Origin: a virus
Direction: 5' to 3' (one strand)
Length of the DNA: 64,000 bases
IMG/VR virus record: IMGVR_UViG_3300044904_000300
Location: 32,001 to 96,000 of that record
Below, in pieces: positions 27,901 to 37,868 of this stretch. Made by a program: the position numbers and the translations under genes. The notes beneath the pieces are model-generated. The model did no database searches. It had not been told where the DNA came from and was given only the letters and a program-made list of their open reading frames with translations. Within the stretch, counting starts at the first letter, position 1, and every line of letters starts with the position of its first letter.

Positions 27901-28620
27901 TTTGGATACCTCGGACCGATCACCGGACCGCTAGTTCTATGGGCCCCCGATAAACTTGTGATGACGCGCTGCGATCATAGCACATTCTCGGGGATCATCT
28001 ACAAGACGATTGGTGATACGGGCGCGTGGAAGGTGGAGAGCCCGTGGACAAACTACCCAGCGACCTTGACGGTGAGTGGGGGCGACCCAAATACACTTTG
28101 GCTCACAGTTAAAGAGGGGTCTAGTTCGACAGCGAACATCGCGCTGTGGAGTCGAGATTATGCCAATACGTGGACCAAGGTGGTTACATATCAAAACATC
28201 GATGAGGACGTGACTTCGGGGCCGATGATCATTTGGACAACGGGGGAAAGTATTCTGATGGCGACGGTCGATTCCGCCGACCCAGGAAACCGTCACTGGA
28301 TGTATTCATCTAACTCTGGTGCGACATTTACTGAAGTTGGTACCGCATACTCGACGTGGGGCGACCTCTGGTATAACTATAATGCGTTCGCCGTAAGCCC
28401 AGAAGATGGCGCCGGGGTATTCACTATTGCAGAAGCCGTGGGTGTGGACTACGAGGGGCACACAACGACAAAGGTCAAACTCTCACAGTTTGATATGAAT
28501 ACGAAGACGATGACAGAAATCACGCTCACGCCCGATGTCATTCTATATCCGAGCTATGGTTCGTGGGCGGGCTTCTATCGTCCTATTCTTGGAATGATTA
28601 ATCCGGTACCCCTCTCATAA
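24925..28620 (+). CDS. gp7: Baseplate wedge initiator (gp7-like) with a C-terminal Asp-box beta-propeller extension
   Basis: YP.FV.FLK.Y, FY..K......FFR.LF, YYPR.DILKASDG.W, YLQDGDYYNDH.YV.R, K.ILHPAGF core; S.D.G.TW-type boxes after residue ~800. Confidence 0.8.
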   Translation: MRPYLPGQDFYNLIETAVPEVIRAEYPMFVDFLKLFLTYLEQERVTANTTVMSEYGALANNQIVTTVSLGGVSYEMRKFLEYRDVSTTLDEFVPHFLQMFAKNWPQHTYVTPDQFVTTLRYFYTHKSLEETAQWFFRALFNEHADLYYPRTDILKASDGTWYTETSFKVGAPANGYPNTDVAQYYMGQVIRSATGQAQVERVRTTVVGQSFGSYLYVNELLLNKDSIVGSFEAGQDVWNLNSIPEIHTTILPGITGVDILEGGAAYQVGDIVTFSQGPGQGEGFGAAAVVSAVGKAPLNGVTINDGGDGYVVGDPVVFTSSSGTGADAVIDQVITGNFLLEDGSGYILGEAKLTGDIQYLDLEDRSFIAQDLTIEKFVDGTIEIGAADYSAADQPDWTANTILEYVFASTGRVAFMIPWCFRDFSGNTANVTLANTMLVVDMTSNATFANNDANVYVIAAPTDATTTRATASITGRVLLSEIASGGNNRNRLYVTNTTMGFATLQTVKYEGSNKVGTGVVKITSGLANVVGTGTSFLAEVSPNAHLSVSGGTYVVKSVVNSTFLTLYTTPGSSVTAAFTIVPTGTVRSVTNQSQQNFGKIRHIQFLSPGSGYAAPPITTANDVFALAQEVYYYDAGSNTFVASNGTIHVFKSANLVAQQSAGQITHIDMTDSGVYYTDANSIAVTAIHSLMVPEARDAQLTANIGLGSITSKFGAYRNTQGFLSADKYLQDGDYYNDHTYVVRVAESFDRWEAIYKKILHPAGFKVLGEFVLAVDADVDTQLDAFVADDAVLDLEIFPEGADIQIGGSADMEDTKPPSISGAKFMMLAGNGAPLFSSDSGSTWSVPTFTDLSPTKTALPATLRGGNGGGAGALNWGTGSIPFAANTMYFPVDDGVGNLGIRLLANVGGVLTSEFIFDFALLGIYISGNPAPVVAIDSLVTDGTTIFAKCETSSKIFIVKIPIADPSTATLWAAGSVSLGSITNGAVDADYTNFGYLGPITGPLVLWAPDKLVMTRCDHSTFSGIIYKTIGDTGAWKVESPWTNYPATLTVSGGDPNTLWLTVKEGSSSTANIALWSRDYANTWTKVVTYQNIDEDVTSGPMIIWTTGESILMATVDSADPGNRHWMYSSNSGATFTEVGTAYSTWGDLWYNYNAFAVSPEDGAGVFTIAEAVGVDYEGHTTTKVKLSQFDMNTKTMTEITLTPDVILYPSYGSWAGFYRPILGMINPVPLS

Positions 28621-28626
28621 CGTGCT

Positions 28627-28633
28627 CTAAATA
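28627..28633 (+). promoter_or_regulatory. Late promoter CTAAATA
   Basis: 6 nt before the gp8 ATG. Confidence 0.7.
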
Positions 28634-28639
28634 CACACT

Positions 28640-30064
28640 ATGCCAAGCATTTTAACACAGAACTATCGCACGCACCTCGCCACGGAATTGCTATCCCGTC
28701 TTGCGTGGGCGGAAACTGTCGATGACCTGACTGCCGCGGGGGCGCTCACGTCGGACGGCAGAACTACGCTTCTTACTGCGGCCAATACGGTGTCGCTCTA
28801 TGCGTTCATCGGACATACGACACCGTGGCCGACCGAGGGCGCACCCCCGACACCAGTAGACACTCCACAGGAAACGACCTACGATTACTGGCGGCACATG
28901 TTGTTTGCTAAACGGGTTCTCTCAACAGACTTTGCGTTTGTGGTTCCTCGTATTGACTGGAACGCCAACACCGTTTATACGCAGTATGATGATACTACGG
29001 TCCTTGCGAACACAAATTTCTATGTTTTGGTGCTGGACGATGCGGGCGGAACCCCTGCATATCAAGTATACAAATGCTTGTGGAACGCTGGTGGAGCGAA
29101 TAGCACGTATCAACCGACAGGAATCGATAGCGACCCCCAAACCTATGATGACGGATACGTTTGGCAGTATTTGTATTCGTTAGCAACGACCACGGACGAC
29201 TTCCTCACCGACGACTGGATGCCGGTATACGAAACCTCGTCTCTTCAGGCAGTCGCGCTTGCAAACCCTGGCACTCTTCCGAGAGCAGTTCCGTTCGTAA
29301 TCGTAACGCCTGGCGCGAACTATAATGCCAGCGTGAACGCCGTCTGCACACTTACGGGAGATGGCGCGGGAGCATCCGTCGCAAACGGCGGCATCGCAAT
29401 CGTTGGCGGCACCGTCCAGAGCGTCACCCTGCTATCGGGGGGCACGGGCTATACGAATGTCGGCTCTATCAACATCTATCAGTCTGGCGCAAGCCTAGCG
29501 ACGGCCAGAGCGATTATACCCCCGTATCCGAATCACGGTTACGATAACGTCCACGAGCTACAGGCAAAGCATCTAATGTGCGTTGTCGAGTTCTATGGAG
29601 ACGAAGGTGGGAAGCTCACCGTTAATAATGACTTTCGGCAGATTGGGTTAGTCGTCAATCCACTTTTGGCAAACGGAGTGCTTGCAACGGACACCAAATA
29701 CAAACAAACGTGGGATGTAACGGTGCAGGCGGGCGCTCCAACGTATAACCCTGACGATGTGGTGATAAATACCACGAAATCTCCGTCACCATTCGGAGTG
29801 GTCGTAGATACGTTGGCAGGAGAGGCCGGAAAGAAGATCATTCGCTTGACGGACGTAAATGTGCAGGGCTTTACGACGCCGTTCGGCGAAGGCGATACAC
29901 TCAACGTTGTCGAATCTTCTCCTTCAACAGTTTCAGCAGACGCCGTGAGCAACCCAGAACTACTCCCGTATACTGGAGAAGTGCTGTATGTGACGCAGCG
30001 TGTTCCTGTGACCCGAACCGCGGACCAGACACAGGAATTTAAGATCGCATTACCTTTTGGGTGA
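28640..30064 (+). CDS. gp8: Baseplate wedge subunit
   Basis: MPSILT..YR, Y.FIG...PW, VVPRIDW...TVY..YDD, VYKCL.N, DGYVWQYLY, DFRQIGLV.NP, QEFKI.L.F. Confidence 0.93.
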   Translation: MPSILTQNYRTHLATELLSRLAWAETVDDLTAAGALTSDGRTTLLTAANTVSLYAFIGHTTPWPTEGAPPTPVDTPQETTYDYWRHMLFAKRVLSTDFAFVVPRIDWNANTVYTQYDDTTVLANTNFYVLVLDDAGGTPAYQVYKCLWNAGGANSTYQPTGIDSDPQTYDDGYVWQYLYSLATTTDDFLTDDWMPVYETSSLQAVALANPGTLPRAVPFVIVTPGANYNASVNAVCTLTGDGAGASVANGGIAIVGGTVQSVTLLSGGTGYTNVGSINIYQSGASLATARAIIPPYPNHGYDNVHELQAKHLMCVVEFYGDEGGKLTVNNDFRQIGLVVNPLLANGVLATDTKYKQTWDVTVQAGAPTYNPDDVVINTTKSPSPFGVVVDTLAGEAGKKIIRLTDVNVQGFTTPFGEGDTLNVVESSPSTVSADAVSNPELLPYTGEVLYVTQRVPVTRTADQTQEFKIALPFG

Positions 30065-30077
30065 TGCACCCTGTTCT

Positions 30078-30085
30078 TATAAATA
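30078..30085 (+). promoter_or_regulatory. Late promoter TATAAATA
   Basis: 5 nt before ATG 30091. Confidence 0.75.
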
Positions 30086-30090
30086 GAGTT

Positions 30091-30729
30091 ATGCTCTATA
30101 CTATCTACAAGACCACAAACTTGCTGTCGGGGAAAATATACATCGGCGCCCACAAAACAGAGAATATTGATGATGGGTACCTTGGTTCGGGTATTCACAT
30201 CAAACGGGCTTTGAAAAAGTATGGAAGACGACATTTTGTAAAAGAGATACTCTTTGTTTTTGATACACCAGAGGAAATGTTTGCGAAAGAAAAAGCGTTA
30301 GTTAATGAAGAGTTTGTTAGCAGGAGCGATACATACAATAAGATAGTTGGTGGAGAGGGCTCGACTGACCTTCGTAACTGGACAGAAGAACGACACCAAA
30401 AGATATCTGCGGCGACTAAAAAGCAGTGGAAGAACCCGAAGTTCCGTGAAATGATGCTTCAAGTTCGTCATCGTTGTCGCCCGAGTATTGCTACAAAACA
30501 AAAAATATCTATTACAAAACAGGGTCACTCGGCTACGGAAAAAACCAGAATAGCGTGGAAACAAATTAGCGCAAAAAATCGTGGAAGGATCTGGATTAAA
30601 CACGATAAGTTACAGCAATGCTGTTATGTCCCTCTAACGGATTTTGCAAACTACGAACTTAGCGGGTGGGTTCGTGGTCGCATTTATCACCGGCGAGCAG
30701 AAGAAAACAACTATGGCTCTATCAAATAG
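30091..30729 (+). CDS. Free-standing GIY-YIG (Seg-like) homing endonuclease
   Basis: YTIYKTTNLLSGKIYIG.HKT...DDGYLGSG, ALKKYG...F.KEIL, YN...GG.G, then NUMOD3-like repeats; AT-rich. Confidence 0.92.
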   Translation: MLYTIYKTTNLLSGKIYIGAHKTENIDDGYLGSGIHIKRALKKYGRRHFVKEILFVFDTPEEMFAKEKALVNEEFVSRSDTYNKIVGGEGSTDLRNWTEERHQKISAATKKQWKNPKFREMMLQVRHRCRPSIATKQKISITKQGHSATEKTRIAWKQISAKNRGRIWIKHDKLQQCCYVPLTDFANYELSGWVRGRIYHRRAEENNYGSIK

Positions 30730-33700
30730 CACCACTCGCATCTTTCGGACCACATATTTCGATGACTACTATGCCCAGTCAAACACGGACCCCAACCTCT
30801 TTCGGGGCGAGGACTTTGATTTTAACCGCATTCTATTTCGTCCGCGATACGCGGTCCAGTCCCGCGAACTGACCCAGCTTCAGACCATTCTTCAAGCACA
30901 GATTGAGCAGCTTGGTTCAGCAAACCTCAAGCATGGGCAGCCGGTCTATGGATGCGAAATGGCGATCAATAACGGTGTCCGCGCTGGTAAAGTGCAGACA
31001 ACCGATAACGTCGCAGCGTTCTTTAGCCGCACGCTAGATGCGGGCCAGAAGATCGAGTCCGTCGATGTGCCGACGACCACCGCGTCGGTCCGAGGCTATG
31101 TGGCGATTGATGAGGGCTATACAGACAACTACTTGGTCTTCACGTATGGAAGTGATGCGGCATTCAACCCGAACGATGTAGTCAGCATTATCGGGGGCAC
31201 GGAGAGTGCGACGTTCTCTAGCGATAGTGACGCTTTTAGCGATGCGTCGGTGTTTAGCGTAGCAGGTGGTGTGTTCTTTATCTCCGGGTTCCTCGTGCGG
31301 TTCAAACCCGCAACTATCGTGCTCGACCATCAGTCTAGCGCCCCGGATGCGGTCGTGGGGCTGCTCGTTAGTGAAGAGATCCTTGATGAACTGGACGATG
31401 TAGTTGGGGAAACGCTCCTCGACCCAGCGAACCAGAATGCTCCAGGTGCTCACCGGTTCCGCTTGAGCTTGGCGCTCGCAAGTTATGGGTTAACAGTAGA
31501 GGTTCCCACAAACTTCATCCAGTTGGCTAAAGTGGTCAAAGGCGTCATCCAGTATACACAGACGGTTTCGGAACGCTACGTCAAGTGGTCGGAACTGAAT
31601 GACTTGCTCGCTCGGCGCACGTATGACGAGGCCGGGAACTACATGATCAAGTCGTTCTCACCGGTTATTGGTGATGACCCAGACGCAGAAGATCACTTCC
31701 GTCTCGCAGTCGGCGCGGGAAAGGCTTATGTTCACGGGTGGGAAGTCAATAAGACGACCCCGACAAACTTGTCTATCCGCAAGGGACGGACAACGCAGAA
31801 CGTGGATAGTCAGAGTATTGCGCTCCAGGTCGGAAACTATGTGCGAGTGCGTTGGGTTGGTGCGGCCGTTCCCGGCACGTATTTCTGTAACACCATCGCA
31901 GTAGATTTGCACACAGTCCCGTCGCAACAGATTGCCGGCGCAAATGACGCGACGTATGGCCTGTCCAAGATCGGAACGGCCAAACTCCGAATGCTGGAAG
32001 CCGAAGACATCCCGGCTCTTGCGGACTATCAAGCTAACTCCATTTTCAAGCTCTTCTTCTTTGACGCGCAGTTTGATACGGTCACAGGAAACTGCACATC
32101 GGGATCGATGGACTCGAATGGTGCGGTGTATGCGGCTATCGCCTTTGCGAACGGCGTGGCGAATGTTGGTAACGCACTCCTCGGGGCCAGCATCGTCCTC
32201 GGGGGCGCAAGTTCTCCGGTGTCGGGAAGCTTCACGGTCAACTCGTATGCCCTCACCAACGCCACACACGCAAACGTGGGTCTTCTCGAACCACTTCCCG
32301 CTATTCCTAACGGAAACACCACGTATCGCGTTCTTTACCAGACCAAGGATATCGACGCATTCGCCGCGCACGACAACACCGCGACGATCAACGCCTCGTC
32401 CTACCTGGCAAACAACTTTGCGTTCCAGGCAGACATCGACTGGGTAACAGGAAAAGTCGGTGGGTCTCCCTACGGTGCGACTATCGTTGAAGGGATGAGC
32501 CAAAACTCACTTATCTACGAGTTGTCCAACCAGTTCGTTGTCGCCAACACGCTGACAACTGCGACCTCATCGTTCGATTCGTGGGTGCCGACTGACGAAA
32601 ATGCTACGATGGACCCCGCAAGCGGATCGCCAACAGCGAACATTACCCTCACCTTTACGCTTGGCGCACAGTATAAGCTCCCCACCAGCGCCGCGATGAC
32701 CGCAGAAGAAGCCCAGCGGTACTTTGTATTCTATGATGTTACTGACGACGTGGACGGCCAGGGACAAATTATTGAGGTGTCGGACACAAGTGGTGCGGTA
32801 ACTTCCCGCTGGATTTCTAACGTGGCCGTGGTTGCATCGGGGTCGGACTACAACATCAACTTCAAGTATCATCATTCTTCATCGATGGGTGGTGTGCGGA
32901 CATTCTTGGGGTTTGCTCGGGCAGCAGTCACTGGGCTCGCAATCCGCACCAAAACGCTGAATGCAGGAAACACGACCAGTCTGTTCTCGGACACCACAGG
33001 CGCTGCAGTCGCGGGACAGGTTGAGTATTACTCGCTCAACACCGCACCGGGGTTTGCGTATTCCCTCTTTGTGCCCGACGTTTACCAGCTTGTCAAGGTG
33101 CTCTATAAAGAGAGCAATACAGCCTTTGACACTTCAGACCTTACGACCGCAACAGATGTTACCGACCAGTTTACGCTCGACACGGGACAGCGGGATAACA
33201 GCTATGAATACGGCCGGGCCATCGTCAATAACGGTGCGAGCTACGTGATCCACCCAACGGGACGCTTGCTCTTCATCTTTGACTGGTTTGAACCCGCGGG
33301 ACGAGGATACGCGACTGTTGATAGCTATGGGGATATCCTCTATGACGGCATCCCTTCATATACCTCAACGGTTACTGGAACTACTGTATCTCTGCGGGAC
33401 GTGCTGGACTTCCGACCAGAACGGTCCTACCAGAACATCCTCGCAAAGGCCAATACAGTCTTTGCAGCGGGAGACGATTACGGAGACCCTGCATATCTCA
33501 CATCAACCAGCGTCCCGTATTTGATCCCGGCCTCTGACGGCGTATGGAACGGAAGCTATCAGTTCTATCTCGGGCGAATGGACACCGTGGCGCTGTGCTA
33601 TGACGGAACATTCACGATCAACGAAGGACAAGATGCGGTCCACCCAGTTGCTCCAAAGGATGATAGTGCGGACCTTCCGCTCTTTTTGTTGACGATTCCA

Positions 33701-36700
33701 CCATATACTTTGGTGGATGCGAATGGCAAGCCAACAGGAGTCGGGCTCACTGCATACGACTACAAGCGTTACACGATGAACGACGTAGGCAAGATCGAGG
33801 ACCGTGTCGCGCATCTCGAATACTACACGGCGCTCAACTCGCTTGAAACCATCACTACGAACCAGCCCGAAGAAGATGCGGCGGGAAATCCACGCTACAA
33901 GAATGGGATTCTCGTGGACAGTTTCCAGGGTGGTGATGTAGGAGATGTGGCTTCACCAAACTTCACCGCGTCGATTGATAGTGCGAACTGTGAACTTCGC
34001 ACGGGGTTCCGTTCGTTTGCGCTCTCATTCTCACCAGACTTCGCGCACAGCACGACCGCGAATATCGCAATCATCGGGGATATGGCGACCATCGCCTACA
34101 CTACTACACCATTCGTGGTGCAGAACTTGGCGACCACCGCAATCTCCGTGAACCCGTTCGACATCTCAACATTCTATGGGAGCATATCACTCTCACCCGC
34201 GGTGGATACGTGGAAGGATACAGAACAGCTACCCGCCCAGGTGATCGACGGTGGTGGACCGACGCAAGCCTGGATAGACGCAAATATGCCGTCCTACACC
34301 GTGTGGGGTGAATGGGATCAAACTTGGTCGGGAGTCAACGCATCGACTGCTCCACGCACGTTTAGTGGATTCGCTAACGTTGTAGCCACACTACTCAACA
34401 TCGGGGGAGCGACCACCACATTCCAAGACACACAAGTCGCCGCAAATTTTGCTCGTCAGGGCACGACGTTTGAATACACCGTGACGACACAGAACGAATC
34501 GCAGGGCAACAAGGTCGTAGGCACGTCGATTGTGCATAGCGTTCGGGCGCGGGATCTTGTGTTCTCTGGCAGCGGGCTCAAACCCGACACCAACCTCTAC
34601 CTGTTCTTTGCGGGAACGAACATCAGTAACTATGTCCAGCAGGCGACGGTTCTTCAGCTTGAATCGATTGTCGCACCAGGAGGCGCTGCCGTATCACTAA
34701 CTGGCGCGCCATTCATCGTAGGACAGACTGTGTATGTGCAGAAAGCCATTACGGGATTAACCGCAACGACCTCCGCACAAGCAAACGTCGCGGGAACGGG
34801 AACCTATTATCAGTATGAGCTTTCGCCCGGACAGTTGGTGCACGTTGTTCGTGTAAACGATTCGTTCGATGCGTTCGTCAACAGTATCACTTCCAACACC
34901 GCGATGTCGTTGGTGACTTCGGCAAATGCCAGCTTCGCAAATGCGTATATCTACACTCGCACTCCCGTAACTATCGCCGCGGTATCGCCGTGGTATGACG
35001 GAACGGGGAACGTGGTGTATAACATCTCGGTTGTGCGGGCCAAGCGCGATACAGCAGTTGACCAAGCAGTTCCGTATGTTCCGGTTCCTGGTTCGTTGAG
35101 TATCACCAAATTGGTAAACGACGGAGCAAACACGACCTCGGGCGCGGTGCTCCTCACTCTACCGAATGGTATTTTTGGAACAAATGCCCTTGCGGGGTGG
35201 ACGATCACAGGCTCGCGATGCCCGTCGGGTGTTGTGCGGGGCTGGAACCCATCTTCCGGTCAGATTCGTCTCGATAACGATGCGGGTGTTGTTCCGTTGG
35301 GTACCGCTATTCGTATCGTCGGAGGTCCTGGTGCAGGACAACTCACCTATGCAGTGGGAGACTCGTATAGCGCCAACCAGACAGTCAACGTGGGATCGCT
35401 CACGGGAGTTGTCGCGGGAGAGTCGATTTATAGTATCGGGCCGCTCGCATCGGCTGGGTTTGGCGAGATTACATCAACATCACCTCGCGCAGGAACGTGT
35501 GCGGGTGCTTTCCATATGCAAGAAGCGCAGTTCCCCACAGGAACCAGCCAGGTGCGTCTCACCGACAGCGCAACAAATGGTGTAGATGGCACAACGCTTG
35601 CAGACGCCCAGTATGAGGCGTCGGGGTTGACGACCATTCAACAGGAAACGATCATCTCGACTCGTGTGATTACGCAATCGGAAATCGGCGTAACCGATAC
35701 GGCGGGAACCATCGGGGGCGGCGGAGGTGGAGCTTCTGGTCCTGGCGAGCCGGGATGGGGCGGCCGCGCAGGGTTGATCTACTCGGACCCGCTCGCGGAA
35801 ACCTTCTTGGTAGACAAGACCATCTATCCGCAGGGACTATTCCTCGCGGACTTGGACCTCTGCTTCGCAACGGTGCCCGACCAGGACATCCCGGTGACTA
35901 TTGAGATTCGCACCACCGTGAACGGCTACCCGAACAACCAGGAAGTTGTGCCGTGCATCTCCGCATCGGGCCGCGCAAGCGTGACCCTTCGTCGGGATCA
36001 GGTGAATACCACACAGGCGCCGAACTTTGACGACCCAACAGCTTACACGAAGATCACGTTCCCGTCTCTCGTCTACTTGGCACCAGGATACGAGTATGCT
36101 ATCGTCATCCGGTCAGACAGCGACCATTACTATGTGTGGACCGCAGAGATCGGAGCACTCGTCGTCGGCAGCGAAGATCGGAAGGTCTCGAAACAGCCGT
36201 ATGCGGGAAGCTTCTTCAAGTCACAGAACGCAAGCACCTGGACGGAATCGCCGTTGCAGGACTTGATGTTCCGCCTGAACAAAGCAGTATGGTCGGGGAC
36301 CTCCGCGACACCGCAGCAAGGGAAACTGGTGATCCGTGGCGTGCCGCCAAGCACCAATACCTGGTTTGATAGCTTTGAGTTCTACCCACATGATGCAAAC
36401 TTTGCCGACGTGACCGCGTGCGCGTATCTGTTGGACATTCAAGTAATGGACTTGACGTCGAATACAAGCAACGGAACGACGCTTCGTTATAGTGGGTTCC
36501 CAAATAGCTGGCAGGAAACGGGCGCTCGGTCATTCTTGCAGGGCTACGGGCCCACGACCACACAGCAGATTCCAAGTTGGTCGAATAACGTGCTGGGCAC
36601 CGCGAACACCATCGACGGACAAGCATTTCTCAATACGTGGAGCGCGGATGTCGCACCATATCTCGACTTGCAGAAGATGGGCGTGGTCTGCATCCAGCAC

Positions 36701-37624
36701 CATATTGATGACCTCGGGATTGAGCAGGACAGCGTAAACCTCATCGCACCGGGTGCGGGGTATCTTGCTACGCTACAAACCGGAACCGTCAATACGGTTA
36801 CAGGGCTGGCCAACGTCTATGGAACGACTACGACGTTTGATACGAAACTCAACGTTGGGGATACGGTGATCGTCGGCGGCAACGTTGAGGTGATCGTCCA
36901 GTCTGTTGAAAACGCAGTCCACTTTACCGCGACGGTCGCGGTGGGCGCAACCAGGACAGCAAATGCGTGGTTCACCTATGGAACTGTCGACCTAGCGAAC
37001 AATACGCTCGCACTCACCATCGCGGGTGGAAACGGAACGGGAGCAGTCGCTCACGCGGTTGTTGGTCGGGATGGAGTGGTCAACACGGTTGTCGTGGACA
37101 CCGCAGGATATGGATACTCGGAAACACCAACATTCACTATCGCTGCGCCGACAACACCTGGTGGGTTTGATGGGTCGCTTCAGTTCTCTGCTGGCATTAC
37201 TTACAGCAGTGAGGTGGGGAACGACAACTCCGTAGAGACCACACGCTATATCACTCGTCCAGTCACGCTCGCGGACGGGTTTGAAGCACGGGATCTCAAA
37301 GTCTACTTCGATGCGTACCGACCGGACACCGCAGACTTCTACGTGTATTACAAAGTGCTTCCAGTCTCCGCGGCGGCTGATGCTCGCTTTGACGACCAGC
37401 CGTGGCGCTTGATGACGATGGTAACCGCGAATACCGTGGTCAGCGCAACATGGACCTCTTACCGGGAGTATGAGTTTGTGACGCCGACGGGGCAGGCACT
37501 CGCATCCAGCGATGATACGACTAACCAGTTCAAGGTGTTCGCGATCAAGGTAGTAATGGCGTCAAGCAATACCCCGGATGCTCCACGGGTCTCGAACTTC
37601 CGAGCAATAGCATTTGACGCATAA
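30713..37624 (+). CDS. Very large virion structural protein (VrlC/DUF4815-like)
   Basis: YFDDY, RILFRP..AVQ.RELTQLQTILQ.Q, NAPGAHRF, LARRTYDEAGNY, DPLAETF, WTESP.QDLMF, PR..NFRAIA conserved blocks. Confidence 0.88.
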   Translation: MALSNSTTRIFRTTYFDDYYAQSNTDPNLFRGEDFDFNRILFRPRYAVQSRELTQLQTILQAQIEQLGSANLKHGQPVYGCEMAINNGVRAGKVQTTDNVAAFFSRTLDAGQKIESVDVPTTTASVRGYVAIDEGYTDNYLVFTYGSDAAFNPNDVVSIIGGTESATFSSDSDAFSDASVFSVAGGVFFISGFLVRFKPATIVLDHQSSAPDAVVGLLVSEEILDELDDVVGETLLDPANQNAPGAHRFRLSLALASYGLTVEVPTNFIQLAKVVKGVIQYTQTVSERYVKWSELNDLLARRTYDEAGNYMIKSFSPVIGDDPDAEDHFRLAVGAGKAYVHGWEVNKTTPTNLSIRKGRTTQNVDSQSIALQVGNYVRVRWVGAAVPGTYFCNTIAVDLHTVPSQQIAGANDATYGLSKIGTAKLRMLEAEDIPALADYQANSIFKLFFFDAQFDTVTGNCTSGSMDSNGAVYAAIAFANGVANVGNALLGASIVLGGASSPVSGSFTVNSYALTNATHANVGLLEPLPAIPNGNTTYRVLYQTKDIDAFAAHDNTATINASSYLANNFAFQADIDWVTGKVGGSPYGATIVEGMSQNSLIYELSNQFVVANTLTTATSSFDSWVPTDENATMDPASGSPTANITLTFTLGAQYKLPTSAAMTAEEAQRYFVFYDVTDDVDGQGQIIEVSDTSGAVTSRWISNVAVVASGSDYNINFKYHHSSSMGGVRTFLGFARAAVTGLAIRTKTLNAGNTTSLFSDTTGAAVAGQVEYYSLNTAPGFAYSLFVPDVYQLVKVLYKESNTAFDTSDLTTATDVTDQFTLDTGQRDNSYEYGRAIVNNGASYVIHPTGRLLFIFDWFEPAGRGYATVDSYGDILYDGIPSYTSTVTGTTVSLRDVLDFRPERSYQNILAKANTVFAAGDDYGDPAYLTSTSVPYLIPASDGVWNGSYQFYLGRMDTVALCYDGTFTINEGQDAVHPVAPKDDSADLPLFLLTIPPYTLVDANGKPTGVGLTAYDYKRYTMNDVGKIEDRVAHLEYYTALNSLETITTNQPEEDAAGNPRYKNGILVDSFQGGDVGDVASPNFTASIDSANCELRTGFRSFALSFSPDFAHSTTANIAIIGDMATIAYTTTPFVVQNLATTAISVNPFDISTFYGSISLSPAVDTWKDTEQLPAQVIDGGGPTQAWIDANMPSYTVWGEWDQTWSGVNASTAPRTFSGFANVVATLLNIGGATTTFQDTQVAANFARQGTTFEYTVTTQNESQGNKVVGTSIVHSVRARDLVFSGSGLKPDTNLYLFFAGTNISNYVQQATVLQLESIVAPGGAAVSLTGAPFIVGQTVYVQKAITGLTATTSAQANVAGTGTYYQYELSPGQLVHVVRVNDSFDAFVNSITSNTAMSLVTSANASFANAYIYTRTPVTIAAVSPWYDGTGNVVYNISVVRAKRDTAVDQAVPYVPVPGSLSITKLVNDGANTTSGAVLLTLPNGIFGTNALAGWTITGSRCPSGVVRGWNPSSGQIRLDNDAGVVPLGTAIRIVGGPGAGQLTYAVGDSYSANQTVNVGSLTGVVAGESIYSIGPLASAGFGEITSTSPRAGTCAGAFHMQEAQFPTGTSQVRLTDSATNGVDGTTLADAQYEASGLTTIQQETIISTRVITQSEIGVTDTAGTIGGGGGGASGPGEPGWGGRAGLIYSDPLAETFLVDKTIYPQGLFLADLDLCFATVPDQDIPVTIEIRTTVNGYPNNQEVVPCISASGRASVTLRRDQVNTTQAPNFDDPTAYTKITFPSLVYLAPGYEYAIVIRSDSDHYYVWTAEIGALVVGSEDRKVSKQPYAGSFFKSQNASTWTESPLQDLMFRLNKAVWSGTSATPQQGKLVIRGVPPSTNTWFDSFEFYPHDANFADVTACAYLLDIQVMDLTSNTSNGTTLRYSGFPNSWQETGARSFLQGYGPTTTQQIPSWSNNVLGTANTIDGQAFLNTWSADVAPYLDLQKMGVVCIQHHIDDLGIEQDSVNLIAPGAGYLATLQTGTVNTVTGLANVYGTTTTFDTKLNVGDTVIVGGNVEVIVQSVENAVHFTATVAVGATRTANAWFTYGTVDLANNTLALTIAGGNGTGAVAHAVVGRDGVVNTVVVDTAGYGYSETPTFTIAAPTTPGGFDGSLQFSAGITYSSEVGNDNSVETTRYITRPVTLADGFEARDLKVYFDAYRPDTADFYVYYKVLPVSAAADARFDDQPWRLMTMVTANTVVSATWTSYREYEFVTPTGQALASSDDTTNQFKVFAIKVVMASSNTPDAPRVSNFRAIAFDA

Positions 37625-37626
37625 CT

Positions 37627-37863
37627 ATGACACTTCCTCGTCGTATTCAAACGGATAACCCGTCTTTTGCGCGGGATACCTATTCCAGGGCGCTCCTCAA
37701 TACTGACACGAGCGCCTTGGAACGTCACCGTCGTAAGGTTACTAAAACCAGAACGACGACAGACGAACTGGTCACTCTTCGGGCCACGCAGCATCGACTT
37801 GAAGACCAAGTGCGCGAACTCACAGAGAAACTTGATCGTCTTTTGGACCTTGTGAAACGCTAA
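37627..37863 (+). CDS. Small coiled-coil protein following the large structural gene
   Basis: F.RD..SRALLNTD motif and C-terminal heptads. Confidence 0.7.
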   Translation: MTLPRRIQTDNPSFARDTYSRALLNTDTSALERHRRKVTKTRTTTDELVTLRATQHRLEDQVRELTEKLDRLLDLVKR

Positions 37864-37868
37864 ACTCC

